From positions 1,242 through 65,241 of the forward strand of contig JAYEPA010000110.1 in assembly GCA_034723545.1 (NCBI GenBank): a stretch of DNA of 64,000 nucleotides, read 5' to 3'. Position numbers and translations under genes: made by a program. This document shows, piece after piece, positions 52,396 through 62,639 of this stretch. Source of the stretch: Thermodesulfobacteriota bacterium (lineage in GTDB: Bacteria; Desulfobacterota; Desulfobulbia; Desulfobulbales; SURF-16). Within the stretch, counting starts at the first letter, position 1, and each line of letters opens with the position of its first letter. The notes beneath the pieces were generated by a model, which was not told where the DNA came from, did no database searches, and saw only the letters and a list, made by a program, of their open reading frames with translations.

Positions 52396-53607
52396 ATGAA
52401 TGACAAAATCATCTATATGGATAACAATGCAACGACCAGAGTGGCGCCCGAAGTGCTGGAAACCATGCTGCCCTATTTTTCTGATTTATACGGCAACCCC
52501 TCCAGCATGCACTCTTTTGGAGGCCAAGTCGGCAGGAAGGTTGTTGAGGCCAGGGAAAAAATCGCTAGGTTGCTTAATACCACTCCCGATGAACTGGTCT
52601 TTACCAGCTGCGGCACGGAAAGTGACTCAACGGCCATTCTTTCCGGCCTCCAGGCTAATCCGGGAAAACGTCATATCGTTACCACCCGTGTGGAACACCC
52701 GGCAGTTAAAAATTTATGCGAAAACCTCGATATCCTGACCGGTCACAAACACCGTGTCACCCAGCTTCCGGTTGAGCAGGACGGCACCCTGGACTTGAAG
52801 CGTTACGAGGACAGCCTGACCGATGAAACAGCCATTGTCAGCGTCATGTGGGCCAATAATGAAACAGGCGTAATTTTTCCGATTAAGGAAATGGCGCAGA
52901 TCGCCAGGAGCAGGGGAATCCTCTTTCATACCGACGCAGTCCAGGCCGTGGGAAAGATTCCCATTGACCTTTCTGATGTGGAGGTGGATTTTCTCTCTGT
53001 GTCTGGGCATAAACTCCATGCCGCAAAAGGAATCGGCGTCCTCTATGTTCGCAAAGGAACACCCTTTTATCCCTTTCTGATCGGCGGTCACCAGGAACAT
53101 GGCCGGCGGGGCGGAACGGAAAACGTGGCATCGGTTATCGGTCTTGGCACAGCCTGTGAGCTTGCGGCAAAACATATCACCAAGGAAAACACCACGGTCA
53201 AAATGTTGCGTGATAAATTGGAGAACGGCCTGCTTGAAAAAATCCCCAATGCGATTCTAAACGGTCACAAAACCGAACGGCTGCCCAATACGACAAATGT
53301 TAGTTTCGAGTTTGTCGAAGGAGAAGCCATCCTGCTTCATCTTGATCGCTTTAACATCTGCGCTTCATCCGGATCGGCCTGTACCTCCGGTTCCCTTGAG
53401 CCTTCCCATGTCCTGCGGGCCATGGGAGTTCCTTTTACTGCTGCTCACGGTTCCATTCGCTTCAGCCTGAGTGTCTATAATACGGAAGATGAAGTCGATT
53501 TTATTTTAGAGAAACTGCCGCCGATCATTGCCGAACTACGGGAAATGTCACCTTTCTGGAAAACAAACCATAAGGGCCGCGTTGGTGGATCCGGCTGTAA
53601 GTGCTAA
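52396..53607 (+). CDS. nifS: Cysteine desulfurase NifS
   Basis: SVSGHKLHAAKG (PLP lysine), SSGSACTS (active-site Cys), 403 aa. Confidence 0.9.
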   Translation: MNDKIIYMDNNATTRVAPEVLETMLPYFSDLYGNPSSMHSFGGQVGRKVVEAREKIARLLNTTPDELVFTSCGTESDSTAILSGLQANPGKRHIVTTRVEHPAVKNLCENLDILTGHKHRVTQLPVEQDGTLDLKRYEDSLTDETAIVSVMWANNETGVIFPIKEMAQIARSRGILFHTDAVQAVGKIPIDLSDVEVDFLSVSGHKLHAAKGIGVLYVRKGTPFYPFLIGGHQEHGRRGGTENVASVIGLGTACELAAKHITKENTTVKMLRDKLENGLLEKIPNAILNGHKTERLPNTTNVSFEFVEGEAILLHLDRFNICASSGSACTSGSLEPSHVLRAMGVPFTAAHGSIRFSLSVYNTEDEVDFILEKLPPIIAELREMSPFWKTNHKGRVGGSGCKC

Positions 53608-53699
53608 GGGACAAAGAAGTTATCTGATAAGAAAACACCAAAATTCATAATTTTTAATTATTAATTCATAATTCCGCCAACGGCGGCTGAGGAAACGTC

Positions 53700-54650
53700 A
53701 TGCTTGTTATTCCCCCGTCATTTAAAATTCTGCATGATTTAGACCAGGAAAGTCTTGCTGTTCGTATCGAACGTTGCGGACGTCTCTGTTATAAAAGTGA
53801 GGACAAAATAACAGAGGATTCAGCCCCGCCGTTTATTCGGAGAATATTAAAGCATGGCCATAACTCTGTTGCTGAAATGGCTGTTTTAACGCTAAAAGTG
53901 TCTCCTGGTAGCGAGTCTGATGTGACAAAATTATGTGGAGCACTTCCCAGGTATCTCCATATAGACAGAGTTGAGAAGAATCTGTTGATCAGCGGCTCGG
54001 TCCGGGCCTTCCGGGAGTTGTACCAGGCCCATCCAAACCTGAAAATCGTCAAGGGGATAACCGGTTGTCTGCATACGCGTCATCCTCTTTTTTTTGAGGA
54101 TATTGTCCCTGAAAAAGGCATTGTCCGCCAAGGCGGGATGGCTGTGGAAAAAATACCCTTGGATGAGATAGAACAACTGCCTGCCTATCTTCTGGCGAAA
54201 CATCGTTTTGTCGCGGTCTCGTTTACCGTCAACCGAGCCGTAACCCATGAAATGGTACGCCACCGGCCCTGTGGCTTTCTTCAGGAAAGTCAACGCTATT
54301 GCCGATACAGTGAAAATAAGTTCGGCAACCAGCTTACCTTTATCAAACCTCTTTTTTATAAAGAAAACAGTGAGGAATATCGTCTCTGGGAAGAGGCCAT
54401 GGTCGAAAGCGAGAGGATATATCTAAAACTGCTTGAAACTTCAACGCCCCAGGCTGCCCGCACTGTTTTGCCCAATGCCTGTAAAACAGAACTGATAGTG
54501 TATGCCAACCTGCTGCAGTGGGTGCATATGTTTAAATTGCGGACCTCAAAAGGGGCCGATCCTTCCATGCGCGAGGTGATGATTCCTTTGCTTGCAGAAT
54601 TTAAAAAATTATTTCCCGCAGTTCTTTCCCATATCTTTGCCGAAGAATGA
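53700..54650 (+). CDS. thyX: FAD-dependent thymidylate synthase ThyX
   Basis: ThyX motif RHRPCGFLQESQRY. GHNSVAEMAVLTLKV near the N-terminus. Confidence 0.85.
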   Translation: MLVIPPSFKILHDLDQESLAVRIERCGRLCYKSEDKITEDSAPPFIRRILKHGHNSVAEMAVLTLKVSPGSESDVTKLCGALPRYLHIDRVEKNLLISGSVRAFRELYQAHPNLKIVKGITGCLHTRHPLFFEDIVPEKGIVRQGGMAVEKIPLDEIEQLPAYLLAKHRFVAVSFTVNRAVTHEMVRHRPCGFLQESQRYCRYSENKFGNQLTFIKPLFYKENSEEYRLWEEAMVESERIYLKLLETSTPQAARTVLPNACKTELIVYANLLQWVHMFKLRTSKGADPSMREVMIPLLAEFKKLFPAVLSHIFAEE

Positions 54651-54923
54651 TCGTTGTTATCTGTGGAAAGATCCTCTTTAATTATTTGAAATTATTGATA
54701 ACTAAAACGGATCATACCCCACGATGTTTTGTGCATAGTCTCACACGTTCACCTGTTTCAGATCATAATAGTTTGCATAACACGTTCAACTAAGTATTTT
54801 TGCGGATTGTTTTCAGTTTAAATATCGATTAGATAGTTCTTTCTTTGTATTTGTATGGGTTATATATCCTGATTGTCTGGATAATATTTATTTTATTATA
54901 ACACGAATGTTAAGGAGGTAGTA

Positions 54924-56687
54924 ATGGCTCTTGATCCAACCAAACATGCTGATTGGGAAATCGCTGCTGATGCGGAAACCCGGATGAAAACAGTTTACGA
55001 ATTGGGCGATGCCCTGGGCCTGGAAAAGGAAGAGCTCCTTCCCTATGGTCATTATGTGGCAAAACTTGATTACCGGAAAATCATGGAGCGCCTGAAAGAC
55101 AAGCCGGATGGGAAATATGTCGATGTAACGGCCATTTCACCAACTCCTCTTGGCGAAGGGAAAAGCACATGCGCCATGGGCCTGGTTCAGGGACTTGGTA
55201 AACGGAACAAGAGCGTGATCGGCGCCATTCGTCAACCATCTGGTGGCCCCACCATGAATATCAAGGGTAGTGCCGCCGGCGGCGGTCTGGCCCAGTGTAT
55301 TCCGCTGACCCCGTTTTCCCTAGGTCTCACCGGTGATATTAACGCCATTATGAATGCTCATAACCTCGGCATGGTAGCCCTTACTGCCCGTATGCAGCAT
55401 GAGTCGAATTACACCGATGAGCAGCTGGCCCTGCGGAACCTGAAACGGCTCGATATTCATCCCAAGAAGGTTGAGTTTGGCTGGATCATGGATTTTTGTG
55501 CCCAGGCCCTGCGGAATATCACCATTGGTATTGGCGGTAAAATGGACGGCATGACCATGCAGTCCAAGTTCGCTATTGCGGTAAGTTCCGAAATTATGGC
55601 CATTCTTGCCGTTGCCTCCGACTTGAAAGACATGCGCGAACGTATCGGCAAAATCGTTGTTGCTTACAATAAACAGGACAAGCCCATCACCACTGCTGAT
55701 CTGGAAGTTGACGGCGCCATGACCGCCTGGATGGTTGAGGCACTGAATCCCAATCTGATGCAGACCCTTGAAGGTCAGCCGGTTATAGTGCATGCCGGAC
55801 CTTTTGCCAATATCGCCATTGGCCAGTCATCGGTTATTGGCGACCGGGTCGCTCTGAAACTGGCTGACTATAACGTCACGGAAAGTGGTTTTGGCGCTGA
55901 CATTGGTTTTGAGAAATTTTGGAATTTGAAATGTCGTTACAGTGGGCTCAAACCCAACTGCGCCGTGGTCGTTGCCACAATCCGTGCCTTAAAATGCCAT
56001 GGCGGCGCCCCGATTCCGGTTCCGGGCAAGCCTATGCCTGAAGAGTATAATTCAGAAAATGTCGGCTGGGTTGAAGAAGGCTGCAAGAACCTGATTCACC
56101 ACATTGAGACCGTTAAGAAGGCCGGTATTAACCCGGTTGTCTGTATTAATGCCTTTTACACCGATACTGATGCCGAAATTGCTGCTATTCGCCGTATTGG
56201 TGAGGCTGCCGGGGCCCGGGTGGCCCTGTCACGCCATTGGGAGCATGGCGGTGACGGAGCCTTGGAATTTGCCGACGCAGTCGTGGATGCCTGTGAAGAG
56301 CCCAATGACTTTAAATTCCTCTATGACCTTGACACCCCGCTTTCCCAGCGCATCGAGCTTATTGCCAAGGAGGTTTACGGAGCCGACGGCGTCAGCTACA
56401 GTCCCGAGGCCCGGGTTAAGCTGAAACGGATGGAGGCTGATCCGGATCTGAAGGAAATGGGAACATGCATGGTTAAAACCCATCTTTCTCTTTCCCACGA
56501 CCCGAAACTCAAAGGTGTACCCAAGGGCTGGACTCTACCCATCCAGGATATCCTCACCTATAAAGGAGCAGGATTTGTTGTGCCGGTCGCCGGCGCAATC
56601 AGCCTGATGCCGGGTACCGCTTCTGATCCAGCCTACCGCCGTGTTGACGTTGATGTTGAAACCGGCAAGGTTAAGGGCGTATTCTAG
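54924..56687 (+). CDS. fhs: Formate-tetrahydrofolate ligase
   Basis: 587 aa, [10 protein letters not shown]-loop, collinear FTHFS pattern. AAGGAGG upstream. Confidence 0.95.
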   Translation: MALDPTKHADWEIAADAETRMKTVYELGDALGLEKEELLPYGHYVAKLDYRKIMERLKDKPDGKYVDVTAISPTPLGEGKSTCAMGLVQGLGKRNKSVIGAIRQPSGGPTMNIKGSAAGGGLAQCIPLTPFSLGLTGDINAIMNAHNLGMVALTARMQHESNYTDEQLALRNLKRLDIHPKKVEFGWIMDFCAQALRNITIGIGGKMDGMTMQSKFAIAVSSEIMAILAVASDLKDMRERIGKIVVAYNKQDKPITTADLEVDGAMTAWMVEALNPNLMQTLEGQPVIVHAGPFANIAIGQSSVIGDRVALKLADYNVTESGFGADIGFEKFWNLKCRYSGLKPNCAVVVATIRALKCHGGAPIPVPGKPMPEEYNSENVGWVEEGCKNLIHHIETVKKAGINPVVCINAFYTDTDAEIAAIRRIGEAAGARVALSRHWEHGGDGALEFADAVVDACEEPNDFKFLYDLDTPLSQRIELIAKEVYGADGVSYSPEARVKLKRMEADPDLKEMGTCMVKTHLSLSHDPKLKGVPKGWTLPIQDILTYKGAGFVVPVAGAISLMPGTASDPAYRRVDVDVETGKVKGVF

Positions 56688-56752
56688 AATCAGAAGTCAG
56701 AAGACAGGACTCAGAAAACAAAATTTGTTTTTTCTGATATTGTAGTAAAAAA

Positions 56753-56795
56753 ATACCCCCTGAGAATGTAATGATTCTCAGGGGGTATTTTTTTG
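56753..56795 (+). terminator. Rho-independent terminator after fhs
   Basis: ATACCCCCTGAGAAT-loop-ATTCTCAGGGGGTAT followed by TTTTTTT. Confidence 0.8.
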
Positions 56796-56989
56796 TTATA
56801 AAATTTTGTTAAGAAAATAACTATTTATTTGAAATTACCCGGCAATATCACTAAACTAAAAAAATAAGGATTAGAGGTTAAAGGTTTAGATGTTTTTTAT
56901 CCTTTGCCCTCAGTCACTTCGAATATCTTGCAGGCTCGTCATTTGTCCCTGCCCAACAACCTGTTGAAAATAAAACATAGTCACCATAC

Positions 56990-59191
56990 ATGCCAAATCC
57001 TGCTGCTACAAAATCCAATTTAAAAGCATCTGTCAAGGATCAGTCCGGGGCCGGAAAGCTGAAAATCGGTGAAATCCTTCGCAAGGAAGGGCAAATCACC
57101 AGTAATCAGCTTGAACATGCCCAATCCATACAGAAAAAAAATAAGATGAGTCTGAGCAGCATTCTGCTTAAGCTCGAATATATCGATGATGACACTATTT
57201 TAAACGTCCTCAGCAGATCCTATAATTTTCCGGCGGTGAAAATTTCCCAGGAACCTCCCAGTCCTGATGTCTTCAAGGTTATTCCCTATGACGTTGTAAA
57301 AAAATACATGGCTCTGCCCTTGCGTATGACAGGCAAAGCCCTGCAGGTTGCCATGGCGGAACCCACCGATACCGCCGCCGTGGAAGACTTGCAGACCGCA
57401 GTCAAAAAAGGGCTGTCAGTCTCTGTTGCCACCCAGAAGGATATTGTAGAAGCTTATCGAAAATATTATCAAATCAGTGACGATGAGTATAAAGAACTGC
57501 TTGATGTCGAGGAGGAGGAAGAGGAAGAAGAAGTAACCAACATCGACGACTTTGGCTCCCTTGCCGCCGAGGTCGCTGACGATATGGCCATTGAGGCCCT
57601 GGATGAGGAAGAGGGGCCTGATCAGTACGCGGCTTCGGACGCTCCCATCATCAAGCTGGTCAACGGTATTCTGGTGAAGGCGGTAACAGACGGTGTCAGT
57701 GATATTCATATTGAACCGTATGAAAAGACTCTGCAGATTCGTTACAGGATGGATGGATCGTTATATAAATCCATGAATCTGCCGTTATCCATTAAAAATG
57801 CTCTGACTTCCCGGTTAAAAATTCTTGCCTCCCTTGATATTACAGAGCGGAGGGTTCCCCAGGACGGCAGGATCAAGATGCGGGTGGGACGGAGCAAGGT
57901 GGTGGATTTCCGCGTCTCCTCCCTGCCAACTCTTTTTGGCGAGAGTATCGTCCTGCGTATTCTTGACAAGAGTTCTCTGAACGTTGATCTGACCATGCTG
58001 GGATTTGAGCCTGAAACTTTTGAAATGCTTAAAAGATGTGTGGCTAAGCCCCAGGGATTGCTTCTGGTTACCGGCCCAACCGGTAGCGGCAAGACAGTAA
58101 CTTTGTATTCTGTCTTGAATTCATTAAATAATGACGCTATTAAAATTTTAACCGCTGAAGATCCTGTTGAGTTTAACTTTAAGGGGATTAACCAGGTTAA
58201 TGTTCACCAGGAAGTGGGCATGACCTTTGCTGCGGCCTTGAAAGCGTTTCTGCGTCAGGATCCGGACATTATCATGGTGGGAGAGATTCGCGATATGGAT
58301 ACTGCGGAAATTGCCATCAAGGCGGCCATGACCGGCCATCTTGTTCTTTCCACCCTGCATACCAATGATTGCGCGGCCACCATCGGCCGTCTGGTGGATA
58401 TCGGCATTCCTCCCTTTATGCTGTCTTCAGCCATCACCATGGTACAGTCCCAGCGGCTTGGACGGCGTCTCTGTCCAAATTGTAAAACCCTGATTGATCT
58501 GCCTGATACGGCCAGCCTGCTGGAGATGGGGTTTTCCGAAATACAGATCCCCGATCTGCAGCTTTATGGTCCTAAAGGCTGCTCCAAATGCAGGGGCAAC
58601 GGTCACAAGGGCAGGGTGGGCCTGTTTGAATTAATGGAGGTCACTGAGGAGGTGGCCAAGGCCATCAGCGCTGAAGTGCCGGAAGATCAGCTCAGAAAAA
58701 TTGCTATTCAGGAAGGTATGACCCCCCTGCGGGATGCCGCTCTGCTCAAGGCATCACAAGGAGTTATCTCCATTGAAGAGGTTCTGAAAAAAACAGTGAT
58801 CACCAAGGAAAGTCTGCCCGCCTATCTGGTCAATCCGGATGTAGAAAAATACGATGACGGAGATTATATTATCCGTCAGGGCAACACGGATATTGACTTC
58901 TTCCAGTTGATCCATGGCGGGGTCATGGTCATCGTCGATGGCAAGAAGATTGCCGAAATTCACCAGCCCAATGACTACTTTGGCGAAATGGCCGCCATTT
59001 CCGGTGAAGAAAGGTCAGCCTCCATTGTTGCCAAAGGAAGATGTACGGTCAAGCGCTTTCCCGGAGATAAAATCATGGAAATTATTGAAAAGCATCCCGA
59101 TGTCGCCAAGCATCTTTTTTCAACGATCATTGAACGGCTTGGCCAGGCCAATGACATTATTGTTAAGCTTGCCAGTAACAAGGTGCGTTAA
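56990..59191 (+). CDS. GspE/PilB-family secretion ATPase with an MshEN-like N-domain and a C-terminal cyclic-nucleotide-binding domain
   Basis: N-domain KIGEILRKEGQITSNQLEHAQSIQ. Core VTGPTGSGKTVTLYS, IMVGEIRD, tetracysteine CPNCK...CSKCRGNGHKGR. C-terminal about 125 aa with FGEMAAISGEERSASIVA (CAP-type cNMP-binding signature). Confidence 0.85.
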   Translation: MPNPAATKSNLKASVKDQSGAGKLKIGEILRKEGQITSNQLEHAQSIQKKNKMSLSSILLKLEYIDDDTILNVLSRSYNFPAVKISQEPPSPDVFKVIPYDVVKKYMALPLRMTGKALQVAMAEPTDTAAVEDLQTAVKKGLSVSVATQKDIVEAYRKYYQISDDEYKELLDVEEEEEEEEVTNIDDFGSLAAEVADDMAIEALDEEEGPDQYAASDAPIIKLVNGILVKAVTDGVSDIHIEPYEKTLQIRYRMDGSLYKSMNLPLSIKNALTSRLKILASLDITERRVPQDGRIKMRVGRSKVVDFRVSSLPTLFGESIVLRILDKSSLNVDLTMLGFEPETFEMLKRCVAKPQGLLLVTGPTGSGKTVTLYSVLNSLNNDAIKILTAEDPVEFNFKGINQVNVHQEVGMTFAAALKAFLRQDPDIIMVGEIRDMDTAEIAIKAAMTGHLVLSTLHTNDCAATIGRLVDIGIPPFMLSSAITMVQSQRLGRRLCPNCKTLIDLPDTASLLEMGFSEIQIPDLQLYGPKGCSKCRGNGHKGRVGLFELMEVTEEVAKAISAEVPEDQLRKIAIQEGMTPLRDAALLKASQGVISIEEVLKKTVITKESLPAYLVNPDVEKYDDGDYIIRQGNTDIDFFQLIHGGVMVIVDGKKIAEIHQPNDYFGEMAAISGEERSASIVAKGRCTVKRFPGDKIMEIIEKHPDVAKHLFSTIIERLGQANDIIVKLASNKVR

Positions 59192-59500
59192 TCCGTCCTT
59201 TTCCTTCCTGTTCCATTTCCCTAAAAACATTTCTAGGTAGAACCTCCCAGATCTTTTAGGTATGAATACCTACCTCTTTTTTCTGCTAGAATGTTACCTT
59301 TTTGTTAATTTTATTATTTCCTGTGTTTCATGAAATCTCCTTGAAAAAACAGCGCTTATTTTGTAGTGTCATTGGTTCGTAATTTGTACAAAAGGATAAA
59401 TATTTACTGATCAGATTTGTTTGAGGTCATTCAAATCTATCATTAATTCTGATCTAATTATTTCGAAAAAAATAGTTACAATCGACAAGAAGGAGAAATA

Positions 59501-60388
59501 ATGACTGCCAAGATTATCAGCGGAACTGAAACCGCCAAGGCTATACGTGAGGAGTTGAAAGCAGAGATTTCTGAACTAAAGGAAAAACATGGTATTGTTC
59601 CCGGTCTGGTGACCATCCTGGTGGGCAGTGATTCCGCCTCCCAGGTTTATGTCGGCGCCAAGGAGAGAACATGCAAGGCCCTGGAGATGTATTCCGAACG
59701 TTATGATCTCCCTGCGGATACCCCTGAAGAAGAGGTTCTGGCCCTTGTTGAAAAATGTAACAAAAATGACAAAATTAACGGTATTCTTGTCCAGCTGCCA
59801 TTGCCGAAACATATCAATGAAGCCAAGATTCTTTATGCCATAGATCCAAATAAAGATGTTGACGGTTTTCATCCTGTCAATATCGGCAAGATGATGCTTG
59901 GCGAGGACTGCTTTCTGCCCTGCACTCCCCATGGGATGCTGGAGCTTTTAGAGCGTAACGGGATTGAAACCAGCGGCAAGGAATGTGTTGTTATCGGTCG
60001 CAGCAATATTGTCGGCAAGCCCATTGCCAATCTGATGCTGCAGAAACGGCCGGCCGGCAATGCCACGGTAACCCTCTGCCATACAAGAACAAAGGATGTG
60101 GATTTTCATACCAAACGGGCTGATATTCTGATTGTCGCAGTCGGCGTACCGAACCTGATCAAGGCCGACCAGGTTAAGGAAGGCGTTGTGATCCTCGATG
60201 TTGGCGTAAACCGTATCGGCAAAACCAAAGAAGGCAAGGGTATTCTTGCCGGTGACGTGGATTTTGACTCTGTTAAGGAAAAAGCGGGAGCAATTACACC
60301 TGTACCAGGCGGCGTTGGCCCCATGACCATCACCATGTTAATGAAAAATACGGTCCAGGCGGCTAAAACGGCTGCCGGACTTCTATAA
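59501..60388 (+). CDS. folD: Bifunctional methylene-THF dehydrogenase / methenyl-THF cyclohydrolase
   Basis: VGSDSASQVYV, VIGRSNIVGKP, PVPGGVGPMT. AAGGAG upstream. Confidence 0.95.
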   Translation: MTAKIISGTETAKAIREELKAEISELKEKHGIVPGLVTILVGSDSASQVYVGAKERTCKALEMYSERYDLPADTPEEEVLALVEKCNKNDKINGILVQLPLPKHINEAKILYAIDPNKDVDGFHPVNIGKMMLGEDCFLPCTPHGMLELLERNGIETSGKECVVIGRSNIVGKPIANLMLQKRPAGNATVTLCHTRTKDVDFHTKRADILIVAVGVPNLIKADQVKEGVVILDVGVNRIGKTKEGKGILAGDVDFDSVKEKAGAITPVPGGVGPMTITMLMKNTVQAAKTAAGLL

Positions 60389-60406
60389 CATTAAAGAGAG
60401 GTTGCT

Positions 60407-62395
60407 ATGACAAGACAAACAGGATGTGAAAGCTGTACAGATTTAACCTGTTCATCAACGATTGAAGTTCTTGGCAGTGATGTCTCCAAAGATGTGGTCA
60501 CAGCGTATGACCGTGTTCAGTCCAGGGGAATGTCGGCATGTCTTTTCGGCTCCGGCGGAACCTGCTGCCGAAATTGCAATATGGGGCCATGCCAGATCAT
60601 TGACGGTGTAGAAGAAATGATCGGTATCTGTGGTGCTACCGCTGAAACCGTGGCCGCGAGAAATTATGCGAGAACAATAGCGGCCGGAACCGCAGCCCAT
60701 GCCGACCATGCCCGTGAAATGATTTTTGGTTTCATTGCCACGGCCAAGGGCGAGACCCCCCATGGTATCAAGGATGAAGAAAAACTTCATATGCTGGCCA
60801 AGGTGTTCGAGATTGAAACCGAGGGCAGAGACAAGAATGAGATTGCCCTGGAGTTGGGAGAAAAAGCCCTTGCTGAGTTTGGTAAACAGAAGGGCACCCA
60901 GGTTATGTTGAAAAGGGCGCCGAAAAAACGACAGGAACTCTGGAAAAGACTTGGAGTTGAGCCTCGTGGTATTGATCGTGAGGTGACGGAAACCATGCAT
61001 CGAACCCATATGGGCGTTGATCAGCATTATGAAAACATCATGCTCCAAGGTGCCAGAGTCGCTCTGGCTGATGGTTGGTCCGCCTCTATGCTCTCCACTG
61101 ATCTGACCGATATCATGTTCGGCACTCCGGTGCCTATTCGGGCCATGGTTGACCTTGGTGTACTCAAAGAGGACATGGTCAATGTTACCGTTCACGGTCA
61201 TGAGCCGCTCCTGGCCGAATCACTTTGCATGGCAGCAGCGCAGGAGGACATTCAGGCTCTGTGTAAAAAGGTAGGCGCCAAGGGCGTCAACCTGGCAGGG
61301 GTCTGCTGCACCGGAAACGAGATTCTCATGCGGCGCGGCATTCCGGTGGCAGGAAGTTTTATTCAGCAGGAAATGGTTCTTGCCACGGGAGCTGTCGAGG
61401 CCATGGTTGTTGATGTCCAGTGCATCATGCAGTCGGTTGCCGAGGTGGCCAAAAATTTTCATACGGAGATCATCACCACCAATTACCGGGCCAAGATGCC
61501 GGATGCGGTTCATCTACAGTTTAACGAAGAAGACTCTATGAACTCCGCCAAGGACATCCTTAAAAGAGCAATCGGCAACTTCAAGAAACGCCGTGATTTC
61601 CATATCCCTCAGGATACCAAGCTTGACGTCGTTGTCGGTTTCAGCCATGAAACCATCAACTATATGCTGGGCGGACGATTCCGCAACAGCTACCGGCCTT
61701 TAAACGACAATATCATTAACGGCCGGATTCGCGGCGTTGCCGGCATTGTCGGCTGCGAAAACTATAAACTTGCCGATGATGTCCATGTGACCGTTGCCAA
61801 GGAACTGATTAAAAACGATGTTCTGGTCCTTGCCACCGGCTGCGCGGCACAGGCTTTGGGTCGGGCAGGACTGCTCAATCCCGAGGCAGCCGCAAAATAT
61901 GCTGGTCCGGGACTGGCCGAGGTCTGCGAAACCGTGGGCATGCCGCCGGTACTGCATATGGGATCCTGTGTTGACAACAGCCGTATTCTGATTGCTGCAA
62001 CTGCCATGGTCGAGGAAGGGGGTCTTGGAGATGATATTTCGGATCTGCCTGCCGCAGGCACGGCACCGTTGTGGATGAGTGAAAAAGCCGTTTCCATTGG
62101 CGAATATTTTGCCACAAGCGGCATGTATGTCATCTTTCAGAATTTACCTGTCAGCGGTTCAAAGGTAATGAAAAAATATCTCTACGAGGATATGGAAGAG
62201 ATGTATGGCGGTATGTGGGATACCGAAGAAGATCCAGTCAAGCTGGCCCATAGAATGATTGCCCATATTGACAAAAAACGAGCTGCTCTTGGTATTGACA
62301 AGAAACGCGAACGTGTACTTTTTGATATGGAGATGCGTCGAGATCTGACCTCCGGCACAGGCCTGACCGATGTGGGCTGCCACGGTCCGGCGTAG
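60407..62395 (+). CDS. cooS: Anaerobic carbon-monoxide dehydrogenase catalytic subunit
   Basis: CLFGSGGTCCRNCNMGPCQI cluster-B/D motif, VHGHEP, GVCCTGNE. 662 aa. Starts 18 nt after folD. Confidence 0.9.
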   Translation: MTRQTGCESCTDLTCSSTIEVLGSDVSKDVVTAYDRVQSRGMSACLFGSGGTCCRNCNMGPCQIIDGVEEMIGICGATAETVAARNYARTIAAGTAAHADHAREMIFGFIATAKGETPHGIKDEEKLHMLAKVFEIETEGRDKNEIALELGEKALAEFGKQKGTQVMLKRAPKKRQELWKRLGVEPRGIDREVTETMHRTHMGVDQHYENIMLQGARVALADGWSASMLSTDLTDIMFGTPVPIRAMVDLGVLKEDMVNVTVHGHEPLLAESLCMAAAQEDIQALCKKVGAKGVNLAGVCCTGNEILMRRGIPVAGSFIQQEMVLATGAVEAMVVDVQCIMQSVAEVAKNFHTEIITTNYRAKMPDAVHLQFNEEDSMNSAKDILKRAIGNFKKRRDFHIPQDTKLDVVVGFSHETINYMLGGRFRNSYRPLNDNIINGRIRGVAGIVGCENYKLADDVHVTVAKELIKNDVLVLATGCAAQALGRAGLLNPEAAAKYAGPGLAEVCETVGMPPVLHMGSCVDNSRILIAATAMVEEGGLGDDISDLPAAGTAPLWMSEKAVSIGEYFATSGMYVIFQNLPVSGSKVMKKYLYEDMEEMYGGMWDTEEDPVKLAHRMIAHIDKKRAALGIDKKRERVLFDMEMRRDLTSGTGLTDVGCHGPA

Positions 62396-62446
62396 TTAAG
62401 ATCAGAAGACAGATTGAGCATAGTAGTCTAACTTCATTAACAGATA

Positions 62447-62618
62447 GTAAATATTCGGCTTAATGTAAAATTGTTACTAAAACCACCGAAATGTAAATAT
62501 TTGATCAGTGCCCTATATTCGTACCCTGAAGGGCATAAATTCCAGCAGGCTGGCGAACTATAGTAGTCTTGTGAGTCAGCCTGATCGTGCGAAGATGGGG
62601 TGCTGGCCGAATATTTAC
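62447..62618. mobile_element. 172-bp MITE with a perfect 13-bp TIR and a perfect 8-bp TSD
   Basis: GTAAATATTCGGC (62447-62459) and GCCGAATATTTAC (62606-62618). AACAGATA on both sides (62439-62446 and 62619-62626). Confidence 0.8.
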
Positions 62619-62639
62619 AACAGATAAGGATCATTCCGA

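Noticed and set aside
54651-54923. ZTP or THF riboswitch upstream of fhs, and likewise upstream of folD (59192-59500)
   Set aside because: I looked for the conserved cores (for example the GGGTCGTGAC / CCGCCTGGGC type for ZTP) and found nothing resembling them. The regions are AT-rich and promoter-like. A covariance-model scan would be the definitive check.
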